A stretch of DNA of 62,365 nucleotides, counting the filler, from Choristocarpus tenellus KU-1152 (Eukaryota; Protista; Phaeophyceae), in NCBI GenBank assembly GCA_964200185.2. It is 11 parts of 11 records of this genome, joined end to end, with 100 filler letters (N's around TTAATTAATTAA, not from the genome) between each part and the next. Parts side by side here need not be neighbours in the genome. Positions count along the whole stretch, not along the records: positions 33,859 to 38,312 come from CAXNAD020014478.1; positions 38,413 to 40,967 come from CAXNAD020026819.1; positions 41,068 to 44,146 come from CAXNAD020022474.1; positions 44,247 to 51,354 come from CAXNAD020006684.1; 7 more parts are not named here. One strand, 5' to 3'. Each line of letters starts with the position of its first letter. The first letter of the stretch is position 1. Positions 36,428 to 49,499 of this stretch are shown here, in pieces. The position numbers and the translations under genes are program-made. Below the pieces are notes generated by a model. The model had not been told where the DNA came from and made no database searches. It was given only the letters and a program-made list of their open reading frames with translations.

Positions 36428-38312
36428 CACTCTTGGTGTGGCAGCCCCACCACTATCCTAAAAGCCATATTGCGCGGTTTTTCCTCTGGGGAAAACGTTA
36501 TTAGAAGTTTGCATGACTTCAGTACCAGCACTGGTAGAATATTACACCCTCTGGGGTTTGCTGCATATAAGGTACCTTTGCCTGTCATGTTGAGTTGTGG
36601 TAAGCAATTTTCACAAAAATAGATAAGACCTGCACCTGTGGCAAGGAGTACCTGGACAAGCATTCTCGAGTGGACTCTGCATGGGAGACATAATGGGGCA
36701 TATGTCGATACTTGACTAGTACAATGGTCGGTGTCATGACGAATATTATTGAGGTGGGAATAAAAGTCTTATATCTATAGTTGGAATGACATGGATCGCT
36801 GGGGCTTCAGACTCCATGGCGCAACTTCAAGACGACTCTGCAACGTCCGAAACGGTTGGGCTTCTCGCGGATAGTGTAGAACGTTTCGAATATTGTATCG
36901 CTGCTAGGTATCGGAGATTCGTTTCTATTAAGGCTACCATCGTACGAGACACTGCAGTAGATTGAGTACCAGGAGGTCCTCGGAGGGTTCCCGGAAGGTA
37001 TGAGTGGATTCCTGTGGGAACTAACGAGTGGCATTACGTATACCTGCACTCGTCAGTTATAGACGTGAAGACGTGAAGCAGTCTTGACTACGGGCATGAT
37101 GAAAGCAAACTTGGTGCACTTTTAGCCCTATGTCGACTTCGTCTTCTGGATGTAGAAGATGGAGGTAAGCCTCTGCCCAAATCGTGCCGACTTCTATCGT
37201 TCGCCCTGTCTGTGGCTAAAGCAGGTAGGGATCAAAGCACAGGCTGGGGAACGTATGTGACTGATCGAACGGGTTTTGATGCATTGTTTTTCTTTCTTTT
37301 TTGAGCGAACGAGCTACCGTGTTTGCCGGGAACAGAGGAAGGTTCAGTATTTAAGGCAGTACAGACAGCTGGCTAGGAGTTCTGGGTTAACACAGGTTGA
37401 AGAATCGGTGTAAGGGCTGCCAGTACACAGTTGACAACCTCTCTGTATAACAGTGAAGTTTGACTTGATACTTCTTCGTGTATGGACATCCTATTGTGGT
37501 GATATAGTCCCAGTTTCTGCCTGACGATCGGTGTTTCGGCTTAGGCAGCGGAAGAGTATGACATGCTTGTAAACATAGCAAGCAGATCTATCATCAACCC
37601 AAAGGAGTGTTGAGTCTTCTCTGTATATAATATAACTTTTTGGAGCATTTTGATTGGCTGGGAAAATGAGTATCGGTCGCTTCAATCAGATAATTCTTCT
37701 ATGGGATCATCAATCATCAATAATCTGTTCTACTTTAATTCGATGGTTTAGCATTTCGGTCCCCAAAGGATTACTCTAGGAAATTGCTAGTGGGTACGTT
37801 TGATTACTTTCTAAGATATATGTCCTATTTGATTTGGCCCCCAAACAGACGTCGCTCTACTCTCTAAAGGTACTTTGGCTCGTTCAGAGAAGTTCGTGTG
37901 TGTTTGTGTGTGTGTGTGTGTGTAAAAAAGCAGGGTATACGAAGAATGGTGTACAGTAGGTGCCCCTATTTTGGGATAAATATTATGAACCAAATCGAAA
38001 AGTATGCAAGTTTGTACAGCTTTTTTCGACATGCTAAAAAAAATAGGCTTTTGTACCGGAATGCTCGTATTCGGGCGGTTTGGCACAAAATACCAGAGAT
38101 ATTCACGCGAGTTTGGAGCGCGCGTAAATATTTCTCGCGAATAGTACCTTTCTTCCTGAGTCATGCTACCATACAACAGTACAGTACGTTGCTGGTAAGG
38201 GAATATAGTGGAAGCCATGCCTTGTACCGCGGGAAACTTCTGCAAGATGCCTTCAAACACACCGGGTCCGCATTTCTACACAATCCACAAAGGCCGTAAG
38301 TGCGGTGGGTAC

Positions 38313-38412
38313 NNNNNNNNNNNNNNNNNNNNNNNNNNNNNNNNNNNNNNNNNNNNTTAATTAATTAANNNNNNNNNNNNNNNNNNNNNNNNNNNNNNNN
38401 NNNNNNNNNNNN
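38313..38412. other. Artificial contig linker
   Basis: N44-TTAATTAATTAA-N44. Confidence 0.99.
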
Positions 38413-40967
38413 GGAAACAAAAACTTTCATTCTCGATTTAGGGAGGGGGGCTCAATGGGGGGTGGGCAACCCCGTATCTTTTGCTTTGATAGAAAAAATG
38501 TTCAAAATATTTGAAAAAAAGTAGTAACATACCAATCACTTTCACTCACTCCAAACTCAAGTGTAATATAATGTGGAAGTACCAAATAAAAAAAAGGCAC
38601 ACAAAAAAAATAATTTGAAGGCGAGAAACAGCAGATTGGCTTTGTGTACAGTACACAACCGAAGTAAGAAAAACGCCTACAATGGGGACAACTAAAGTAA
38701 AGTTTGGGTATTGTGGTGTACAGAAGCAGTGATCCTAGATTATAATGCCTACTCTGGATGTAGAAAATAACCTTGCTCTGGGAATGAGAGCAAACGAGGA
38801 CCAGGTTACTCTGGCAGTTGCCGTGTCTGTTGCTTCATTTCTAAGAAGTTACTCTATAAAACCCTTCAAACATTACACGTGCGTGGGTGCAGTTCTTGTG
38901 TATGCAAATATTCATGATCCCAACCCAAACCTTACAAAAACCCGAGTGTCCTATTTTCGGATGGCATGTTTCAATTCAATTGTAACCTGCACATTGGAGA
39001 AGGACCGTAAGCATGAAGGACTCCCTCATCCCTACAAACTCCTTCATGCAAGGGTGTGGTATAATGATCGACTTTGTTGTACTTCGAACCAATTTAATAA
39101 AATATGTATCACTTCATCAATGGGTGAGTGGTAGGTGATACTGGAGTGGAAGGTAGGATAGGTGGGACGATCAGCATGGGTGTAAGACCAAGTAATACTC
39201 ACAAAGGTCTAACATCTGTAAAACAGGGCAGAGCACTGGTAGGCATGCTTAAGAAGCACACACAGAAAGGAGGCACACACACAGAGGAGGCACACGCAAA
39301 TTTCGAAACACCACACTAAGACAAGAGGAGTAAGTGTTGCCCGGATCAATACTCACTAATAAAAATCCCCAACCTACGCCTTACCCTTTTCCCCTGCTGT
39401 TCGCTCATGCCAAAGCTGATCAGTCCCGGATTGAAGTCTTCCACTTTGATCTCATTCTTGGTGTTCTGGCATCTGTCCGCGAGTCCAGTACCTTCACCAT
39501 CCTCATGCTCACCTCTACCATTTTCTCCCTTCGTAATCTTCTCCGTCCGTCTTCTTCTGCTCTGTTTTACTTTCTTAAGAGTAGAGGTGTTCTTCTAAGA
39601 GGTAAATGGTGGATAACATGGTGTGACAAACACGGAGGTCAAAGGAGACCAGGGCCAGCGATTGATAGTGCCAATCGAACGCGAGCCTTATGTACACGAG
39701 CAGGCACGCAACATGGGTGTTCGCGTAGACCTTACCAAACCACCACAGCAACAGTAATTAATAAGCTCTCACTGCATGCCCCACCCACAAAGGAAATCAG
39801 GAAAAAAAAGCTATATACACCCTTAAAATACTTTCTGTCTGTGGACGTATGAAAGTATGACCTTTGTTGTGATCAAAAACAATTTTGGGGTTTTCTGTGG
39901 CCTCGGTAACCTCGGTGGCCTAGAACCCGCTAACAGGACAATCATGTAGCAACGAAAAAATTGACAAAGCCGTCGCATCCACAGTGTACGCAACGGAGTC
40001 GAGGTGCACTGTCTGTTCAACGATCTCATTATCGCTACACCAGATCTCATCGCCCTTAGTCCAGTGAGAGGAAAGAGGAATGTGCACAGAGCATGCTACG
40101 GATAGACGAACGGGAAACAAAACTCCTAACAACATTAATAATACAATGGTGACCAGTAGGTAACGAACTGACGAGTTATTCCTGTCAGAAACGTGTGGGA
40201 CCTGTCCCACCATTGTGTATGTTCAGGGGCGATGTTTGTTCCAGATAGCTATTGCAACACCCACCCCATTCAAAATAGACCTCGTATATCCTCCTCCCCT
40301 ACAACTAGAAGGGGGAAATATAGTCATCTCCCTTATTCCTGGTACGAGGAGTCTTTGGAGAAACATGAATGGACCTGCTACAACCCTACACTAACATTGA
40401 TGCTATCCATAGTTGAGGAATCCCACCTTCGAAGAACGCATCTTTCCTTCGCCCTCCAATTTACGGCACCCCCAGCAGAACATCTTCGTCTATTTGTGCT
40501 GGTTGTGGGGTATATACCCTGCTTAATCCATCGCAACTCAAAGCCGAACTTTCTATTGTGATCCATGACATAAGAGCAAGCAATTTTCGATTTCAATTTT
40601 CGAAGTCGTAGACCTGGTCAGCACCAATCTCGGCTAAAAACAATATTTAATTTCCGATTTTGTCAGACTTTCTTCTCCTATTGAAAAATTAGAGTAAACA
40701 AGTTATAAGTTCGTTCGTTCATGTTCTGAGCATGTGCTTTAAACAATAATTGAGTATGTAAACCTCTTATCATCTTCTTAGCATTCTAAACATGTTTGGA
40801 GTGTGTTTGGATTTTGTTTAGAGTTTTTAAATATATACGGCATTAAGTACATATATTTATATAATAACCATATATATATACTATATTATTGTGCCCTCTG
40901 ATATTATATACATCGCTCATCCTATATTTTATTATTATGCCCTCTAACATTTTGCAGATGTGTCAGG

Positions 40968-41067
40968 NNNNNNNNNNNNNNNNNNNNNNNNNNNNNNNNN
41001 NNNNNNNNNNNTTAATTAATTAANNNNNNNNNNNNNNNNNNNNNNNNNNNNNNNNNNNNNNNNNNNN
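40968..41067. other. Artificial contig linker
   Basis: N44-TTAATTAATTAA-N44. Confidence 0.99.
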
Positions 41068-41084
41068 CTGTCAATTTTGGGTCA

Positions 41085-41264
41085 AGCCCATCCTCAATGA
41101 AAAGCTCCATCCTCAATTATTGAAATCATTAGCCCATCCTCAATGAAAAGCTCCATCCTCAATTATTGAAATCATTTTTTTTTTTAATCTGTCGACACTT
41201 TACCCCAGCCAATTTTGGGTCAAGCCCATCCTCAGTGAAAAGCTCCATCCTCAATTATTGAAAT
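41085..41264. repeat. Three ~45-bp direct repeats, each with two CCATCCTCA motifs
   Basis: AGCCCATCCTCAATGAAAAGCTCCATCCTCAATTATTGAAATC at ~41085, 41131, 41223; the same paired GAGGATGG motif occurs at 17960-17990 and 28068-28100. Confidence 0.85.
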
Positions 41265-41489
41265 CGGCTGTTATATGTAATATTATGCCCTTCAACATTT
41301 TGGGGCATGTGTTAGGGAAAAGTTGTATGATCATTGGTGGTAATGGGTACCCCCAATCATAACAGGATTGAACGAAGATGTCTTACACCCAAAAATTATA
41401 TACTTACTGAACCTAAAAGAGAAAATAAACTCCAGATTTGTCAAGCAATCGGATAATCAATTTAGAGAATAAAAAGACCAGACAGATAA

Positions 41490-41524
<35 letters not shown>

Positions 41525-41862
41525 CAGTAAGGGGATTGGGCCTGGACCCTGATCTACTCGACTTGCCTTATCATCTGCTACTTTAGCATGGCTTATGCCA
41601 CCTGTCTATGTGGTGCCACCCATCCATGAAGGACTTGTCTCCATTAACCACACTTAAGTGTAATCCACTCGTCCATGTTGATCTACTATCAGAGGTCCTA
41701 TTCTCCACTCCCCAGTCGTCACTCTTCTCAACATAGTCTTGCAAGCACCATCAATCCACCAATGTTTCTCCTGGCCACCTGGGCTCCTTTTTCCACTCAA
41801 TAGGTCCCCAAACGTAACATTTCCTTCAGATGTCTCTCATCCCTCATAAATGTAACCGATCA

Positions 41863-42032
41863 GACTCAAAAGTATCTGGGGGGTGGCGGCTGTCCATTCG
41901 GGTCCCATTTTTATGTCATGATTTCTGGGTGATTTGGTTGCATGTGTCGGATGGATAATGTAAGTGCACTTCTCCTGGTCAGGGTCCAAATGGACACTCT
42001 GGTGTAGATCCCCCCCCCAGATACTCTGAGCC
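41863..42032. mobile_element. MITE family A, complete copy
   Basis: CTCAAAAGTATCTGGGGGG ... CCCCCCAGATACTCTGAG; internal sequence homologous to 59407-59585. Confidence 0.8.
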
Positions 42033-42479
42033 TCAACCCCGTAAACAAGTCTCTGCTTCCGGACAGCTGTATCAATATTGTCACATTGACAATGATATTG
42101 GCCAGCCAACAAGGAGAGAGGCATGTACAAAATAGTAGTCATCGTACAAAGCGCACTACTACTCACACTGTGTATGTCCCATGTGAAAGTAATGGTAGGT
42201 GATTGTGGACATCACAACCATAACCAAGCCTGCTTTGGTGTACTTGTACTGGTTTATAATAAAAAAATGTACAGAGGATTTCACAAAAAATACTCAATAC
42301 TTTAGAGTTACTTAGTACCTGATCACTCTGTAATGTACACAGGTGCATAGAGGTGTATAAATAACATAACAAAGGAGAACCTACATCTGACTCGACAGCT
42401 TAACATTCAGCAGCATCAAAGAACTGTGTTTTAACAATATGGCAACCATACTATACATTGGTTGGATTTGTGAGAGCCA

Positions 42480-42870
42480 TCTTCCAACTAAGGTATACCT
42501 AAAAGGTAACCTATCTTGAACAATCCGTTGTTCTTCTGACATCTGCTTTTGCATGTTGAAGTTAACATCTGCTTAAAGTGAATAGCGGGTGGTTTGAGGG
42601 GACCTTGCAAACCCCCCTCTTTCATTTTCCACTTGTTCACTCTTTCCTGAGTGATTTTCTGAGGGATTGCTCTCCCTCTTGCCTTGTCCCTCTCCATTCT
42701 CTTGTCTCCTGTGGGTCTTCCCGCTCCCCTTCAGTCTGAAGAACCTGTCGGCTTGTTTCCATCTGTTTCACAGATTCCCAAATCATACTTCCTACGTTCG
42801 GAATTAAATGTAACATAACTTTTGCAAGCTCCGTTCTCGCCTGGGAACGATCCACAAGATAAACCCTCTG
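42480..42870 (-). repeat. Dispersed repeat (decayed coding-like TE fragment)
   Basis: Reverse-complement homology to ~44590-44945. Confidence 0.7.
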
Positions 42871-42993
42871 GATGAGGTTTAGTTCTCACTGAGAATGGGA
42901 AGCGTGTAAAGTTTGAGATGGTGGGTTATCATGACTGTGGAGGATCATTAGTGCAAAGTCGACCAACTCGCATTCGATGGGGTTCAAAACCTG

Positions 42994-43950
42994 GTGAAAC
43001 TCTCAGAGTGGGTGTTTATTGGGATGCCTACAACGAAGGCCCCCCGTCGTTCGAGTGACTCGCTCATCCCACCGTCGCCCATCAGTCCCAATTCTTCGAC
43101 CCAAAAGTCTGTCCGGGATCCAGACTCAGACACCCCAACGAAGAAGGAAAGCGTGATGCCTGGAGGCAAGAGGTTGCAAGACTTGAATGCCTTGTGGGAT
43201 GGCATGGGCCATCGTGGAGGGCTTCAGAATTTCCCGGATCGCCAGATCACACAGGGTGAATGCATGGACCTTGTACGACATTGCAAGGGACGGTGTGGCC
43301 GCCACACAAATATCCTCGACGTTTGCAATGCCGCATGGGTACACTCCACATCCTTCCACAAATGGGCGGCTACAGCTGGGTTCTCCCTTGCCTCATTGTG
43401 GGATATGTTCAAGCATGAGAGGGTGAAGAAGGTCGAGCGGTGGACTAAGCCAGTCCTCTCAGACCAGCAGAAAGTCACTGTGGACGAGGAGAGGTATAAG
43501 AAGATCATGATTGAGGATGTGTCATCTCGACAATCAAGGCCTGCACGCTAGCTTGAAGGACACACCATTTTTTGCAGCAGGATGGGGCAATGCCTCACGC
43601 CAAGGGGGGGATCATGGAGACAATCAAGGAGGCGGCGGAAGACGGAACTGTCATAGAGAACCAGCCAGCCAACTCACCTGAGCTCAACATCAACGATTTG
43701 GGATTCAATTATTCCATCCAGCAACTGAAGGAAGACGAGGAGGTGACCAACAAAGAGGAGGTGGTGGAGGCCAAGATGGAGGCGTTCAATGTGTACCCTC
43801 CGGAGACACTAGAGGGGTTCTGACAGAGCCTCTTGGTAGTCTAGGGTGAAGTGCTGGGGTTCAAGGTTTGATAATTTCTTCAAAATTCCCCACCTTAGCA
43901 AGGACAGGGCTGAGGAAGCGGGCAACCTCCCCCCAAATGCCCCCGTGGAT
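42994..43950 (+). mobile_element. Degenerate Tc1/Mariner transposase remnant with internal deletion
   Basis: RWTKPVLSDQQK joined directly to VTVDEERYKKIMIEDV (DEKWF block missing); QQDGAMPH...QPANSPELNINDLGF gives D-37-D spacing; homologous to 350-930. Confidence 0.85.
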
Positions 43951-44146
43951 ATGGAATGGAGTATTGGAGGGCTTCGGGAAGGGAATCATACATAGGTGTA
44001 GGCTGCCCCATTCTGCTTGAGATTTTGGTGGGCAACCTTTTGGTATCTGTACATTACACTAATAGAGTATGAACATGAGAAAAAAAATCTTGGTAACCCT
44101 AAGCTTACCATGATGGGGGGTCAAAGTATCTTGGGGGGGGTGTCGG

Positions 44147-44246
44147 NNNNNNNNNNNNNNNNNNNNNNNNNNNNNNNNNNNNNNNNNNNNTTAATTAATT
44201 AANNNNNNNNNNNNNNNNNNNNNNNNNNNNNNNNNNNNNNNNNNNN
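44147..44246. other. Artificial contig linker
   Basis: N44-TTAATTAATTAA-N44. Confidence 0.99.
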
Positions 44247-45199
44247 CCATCCCCTTGCATAGTTGGTGTAGGCGTTTCACCATTGGCGTGTGCTGCCGTA
44301 CCTGTCCCCCTGCCCTAGGGCAGGTACGGGCATGTCTGGTATCAACATTTTGCCTCCTGCACCCTGCCACTGGGCTAACTAAAACAATACATATTGTCTT
44401 GTACTAAACAATAATCGGTTTAGGAAGGTTGAGGTTACCTCCCATGCTATTTTGAAAAAATCGTCGGTATGGCAAAATTCACTTGAGTTATTCTTGTTTC
44501 TACTCAAGACTAGATGCATTTCCATTCTTGTGGATGGATAAATTCTAGTTACCTCTAATTGTTAAAAAAAAATGTAAGTAGTGATGATATAAGAGGTGAA
44601 TCAAGGTTATACTTCTTAATAAATGCTTTGGATAATCTGTGAAGCAGATGGAAATAAGCCGGCAGGTTCTTCGATTTTAAGGGGAGCAGGAAGACCCACA
44701 GGAGGCAAGGAACAAGAGAGAGAGACAAGACAAGAGGGAGAGCACTCCCACAGAAGATCACTCAGGAACGAGTGAACAAGTGGAAATTGAATGAGGGGGT
44801 TTTGCAAGGTCCCCTCAAACCACGCGGTATTTACTTCAAGTAGATGTTACCTTCAACATGCAAAAACAAATGTCATATGAATATCAGATTCTTCAAGATA
44901 GGTTACCTTCAAGGTATACCTTCTTAGGAAGATGGATCTCACAAATCTTGCTGTCTTATTATGACCCTTTGAGATTTTGCAGGTGTGTCCGGGGAAAAGC
45001 CCATTCAATATCGTAAGAACTCCTGTAAAAGTTGCAGTTGTCAAAAATGTGAAAGATGTGTTTCTCTTATTTACTATTTGATTACTACTTATGCTACATC
45101 ACTCTTCTCTTATACCTCCAACCTAGCTTAGCCCTACACCACAGGCGAGAAGCTAGGGAAGCATCCCAAGAATCTGACAGAGGTCCCTCATTGCCTACC

Positions 45200-45680
45200 T
45201 CCCTGGTGCCTCCACATTAAAACACATGACACGTCTTGATAGAGCTACTTGTATTGTGACACACATTATCTGTCGTGAATGGGATTTGACAGATCCTTTC
45301 CTGCTTTAGCCTTCTGTCCCTCTCCCTCCTACCGCGTGTATGGCCAACACATCCAGAAAACTTTCTGCTTGCTTACCAAGGTGCCAAAAACTTTCCATCC
45401 GAAGGTTCTGAGGTTAAAACTACAGGGGTCAAAAGAACTGGACTTCTGGAAACGTAACATCCAGGAGGAGGCGTTTATCCTGGTAGGGAGCTGATCTGGC
45501 GTCCGCAACTGTTCCAGCATGGAAGAACAGATCCATGCGGAAATTTCTGTCCACTGTGAATGGGCTACTGTCCTCCATAGTGTAAGGGATGTAAATTCCT
45601 TTGCAGAGTTGACCTAGATATCTTTCACACTTACGACAACTGTTACTTTTTGCAGAGATTCTTGTGGTATTGAATTGGCT
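45200..45680 (-). mobile_element. Non-LTR retrotransposon 3' remnant, restriction-like endonuclease (RLE) region
   Basis: NFRMDLFFHAG...YQDKRLLLDVT, FDPCSFNL, ESFLDVLAIHAVGG, VTIQVALSRRV fit the R-x-D...DVT...E-x-x-G pattern of CRE/NeSL-type elements. Confidence 0.7.
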
Positions 45681-47789
45681 TTTCATTGAATTTTCCCCTA
45701 ACACATGTGGAAAATGTCAGAAAGCACAATAATATAAAAAAAGACAGGAACTGGATGAGAAAATTCCGCCAATTTTCTGATTTGAAAAACTGGTGAGTTT
45801 CTCACCAAAGATGTAGGCCTGCAATCTGTTGACATCAGCATGTCACAGAAGTAGAGGAGTATGCGCAGAAGTGAGATCAAGAGAAGTGAAAAGTGAGTGG
45901 AAGAAGTAGAGCATATAGTTGAAGAACGTCTCGAATTCCAGTTTACATTGGAATACCTTGGATTACGTAGATATATGACCATAGATTCGATGCATACATA
46001 CAAAAATATGGTTGGTCATCGATGACTATCAGGGCATCATGGATAAGAAACAAGGGGCAGTGATTGGGGAATAGGATAAGGTGGATTAACTGCACAGTGA
46101 TCAACTTGATAGAGGTTGCGCATGTGCAATTGAACTTTGTAAGGGATAGTACATGCATTTGCCAAGGAGCAGATTCGCCTCTTTCATGTTGGCATTTTCT
46201 CGATCTCGGTGCCGCTCACTGTCCATGGCAGCCTGTGACTGGTGTGTGGGGTAAGGAGTTATTTTCTGAAGTCTGTTAGGCGGTTTTCGTCACCAGTATG
46301 TCAACCCCTTCTGAGCGTGTCGAGTGTCTGTATAATTTGTTAAGCTGGTTGTAGAACGCTTCAGACGCACACGCTTCCTACCCTTGTGTCGTCACCGCAT
46401 GTAACATATATACATACCAGGTCTCGTCGACCGATAATCACGCTGCACCAGGATCATTATGCGGATATACTTGTTCAACCCTTTCTGTATGTACTCTGTT
46501 GAAGTTTCCACTTTAAGTTGTATGCTTTCCAGAGGAGGATGAGCATTTCGAATGTATTGTCCCCGATATTTCTACCCTCCTTTTTCATCAAATTGAGCAG
46601 ACCCCTCCTGACGAGGAGGGTCAAACTTCTTTTGCAAGATCTACACGTTTCCCCCACCTCGGGATATGCTAAGTATAGAGCAAGCTCTGCACTTGTTCCT
46701 CCCCAAGATAGGACGGCGGCACCATCTACTTTTCTCTCTCTATTCCTATTCCTCTTGCTATGGCCAACGTCTGGGGTGAATCTCTTTCTCGGGTTTGTTC
46801 ATTGATGACAACGCCCTTCCCTTCAGAAAGCCGATGCTTTTGACTCTTCGCTTTTTTTGTAAATGGTGTTCACTCTTCAGACAGAAACTGCGTGTAACCC
46901 TTCGCTATGATCCCGACCGACTAGTTCCCTAACTGTGTTACATTTGCCAAGAAGTGAATTCTCGCAACAAGGAGATTGCACATTAATCTTCCTCCCTTTT
47001 TGATCTCTCTGCTGACTTCCTCCGCGCTAGGTAGGAGTATAATTCTGAGGAAGGGCCGTTTCTTTCCTACCATTCCCCCCACCCATCCACCTGTCCGGGA
47101 GAAGAAGGATGTGCAGACGGTTGAAGATGATACCTCCCAGAAAAGCCAGGAGCACAATCTTCCTGCGGATGTGTGGTCACTGGAACAGAGTGCTCCTGGC
47201 TCGACTTGGATCGTATCATCTTTATCCGAGTGTGCATCGTTTTTCACCTTGGCAGGTAGGTGGGTGGAGGAGGTGGCAGCAAAGTATGCGACATTTCACG
47301 TCACTTTCGCATATACTCCAGTATCTAAGGCGGGAAAAAATGAATAGAGAAGAGGAGGCGGAGGATTCATGCAAAGAAATCTACTTCCAGTTGTTCCTGT
47401 TGAAACTTCAGTAAGCCCCTACGAATGCTCACCTTTGTCTAGCAAAGCGTTCAGTCATCAATTTGTTGACAGGCTAGTGTTGCGATCGATAGAGGGATGG
47501 CACAGGGTAAGGAAGATGGTTTATAATGCGAAAGGGTGCAAACCTGCCTACCTTTCATTTGGTTTGACTTGGTAATATATTTTTTCTGGTCTGTGTATGA
47601 TCATGAGACATGATGAGCCTTTGCAAAGTCAAAAAAAATTGTTCGCTTCGCTCGTTCCCATGTATATTGTGTAATAAATAATGATCGGGGAATTAAATTA
47701 AGGACGTAACCAATACCTCATCTACGCCAATGGGATGTGATTGTATGGACCAGGTATATGTAACATACATACAATACAATGCATTGCAT

Positions 47790-47842
47790 GTTTCCACCCT
47801 GACACATCTGCAAAACGTCAGAGGGCATAATAATAAAAATAC
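47790..47842 (+). repeat. ~90-bp dispersed element, partial copy
   Basis: TTTCCACCCTGACACATCTGCAAAACGTCAGAGGGCATAATAATAAAA. Confidence 0.8.
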
Positions 47843-49499
47843 AATGCATAAAGAATAGGCGTATCCCATTGATTTTTATCATACATTATTATTCTACTCG
47901 ATCAGTTAGGAAATAATTCGAGTAAAGGACGAAGCTCCAAATCTAAACCATCTTATTATGTTAACAGAACTTACATTTGAAGTAGTGTACGATGGTAAGG
48001 TCCTGTCGTAGCGTGGAGTGTAGAGGAATCTCTACGGTATGACGAGCTAAGTGCTCACCATGGTCCGTTTTCGGATCATGACCTAAAGTGATAATAGGAG
48101 CACAAACCATGCAATGATTAAAGTGATGCAGGATCAATGGGTTGATCATTTGAAGACATTATCTTCTTGTTGCGCCAAACAAGAAGTGGTGAACCCGAGG
48201 AGAAGTATGCCTCCCTCTGCTTTCGTACCAATGGCCTGTTCTAAGAGTGCACAGTGTAGGAATTAGTAAAAGGTTGTTTATCGTCAGCGAAGATAGAAAA
48301 GGCGATCTATTCTTCCCGGATGTGATCATCTGTCTCACTGCAGTGACTCCCAGGGTTAAATGGTTCTTTGAGGTCATTGGGTCAAGATAATTAAGTCAAT
48401 TGAATAATCCTTGGACATGAAAATTTTCGAAATAGGTGCTACGGCATTATTATAAACACACTCTCTTGTATTTGAGTTCCTCATTTCTAGACCATATTCG
48501 TTGTAGTGGTACTCTTGTAGAAGTTCAGGTAGGTGATCATGCCATTGTCTTATTTAATGCCCACCACTTCTACTGACAATATACTTTGTTGACATGGGAA
48601 GGGAAAAAGGAGTGGTTTGAAGAGAACTCAGTAGGCACAGCAATAACAAAAGGGTCTGTCTGCGTTGGTTACAGCAAAGGCATTACAACTCAACAACAGA
48701 TTTATAACAAAAACATGCACCTATCTATACCAGAACGCTGATGCACCGTCCAATCAATATTGAATACAACCACTGCTCCCTACCAAGAAAAGACCCTCCT
48801 CCTGGATGTGACCTATACAAAGAAGGTATATGTGCTGACTGTCTCCTGTACTCTTCCTCATAATGGTGGTGTCCATGCTGCTGCGGCCTAGGCTTGCAAA
48901 TGCAACCACTGCAAGGCATCGTTTGATCCTTGTTGTAGTCCTTTTAACCTCCACACCTCCATGATGGTGGAAACCTTTGGGCCTTTCAGCATATAAGAAG
49001 AGTAATTTCTTGATGAGCAAGTGATTCGTTCGGAGGGTCGTAGAGGGGCAGGAGGTTCAACCTGCAAGAGGTTGAGGAAAGCACTCTTTCGAGTATACTA
49101 TTAGATCTAATGTTGGTGTATAGGAAGCCCTATGTTGCAAGTAAAGTACACGCTGTAGTTGTTGTTGTGTTGTATTTTCTCAAACGTGTATTTTCCCTCC
49201 CTTTGTCTCCCCATGATCGCATCTGCAAAATGGAAGGGAAATCAAAAATATTCAACAACTCGGTCCATTATATACGAGAAAGAACAAAACACACCCATAC
49301 CATACTCCACCTGGACCTACTCATTACTAGAGTACTAGATATTTGACAATGAAGACGGAGTAGAAACTAGGCGTTGTTTGGTCCGGCCCCACCTACCTGG
49401 CCCGCCTGCCAGATGTCTCCAGCTCAAAACTTTCTGTGCGCCTTCATAAGTCTACTTGGACTGTTACACAGACACAATTTGTCACAGGTTGCGCCTTGC

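Noticed and set aside
41085-41264. CRISPR-like repeat array
   Set aside because: Only three units, the first two nearly abutting, no regular unique spacers, eukaryotic context and no cas genes.
47960-49020. Possible glycosyltransferase-like pseudogene on the minus strand
   Set aside because: Only vague fragments with many stops; cannot be supported without a search.
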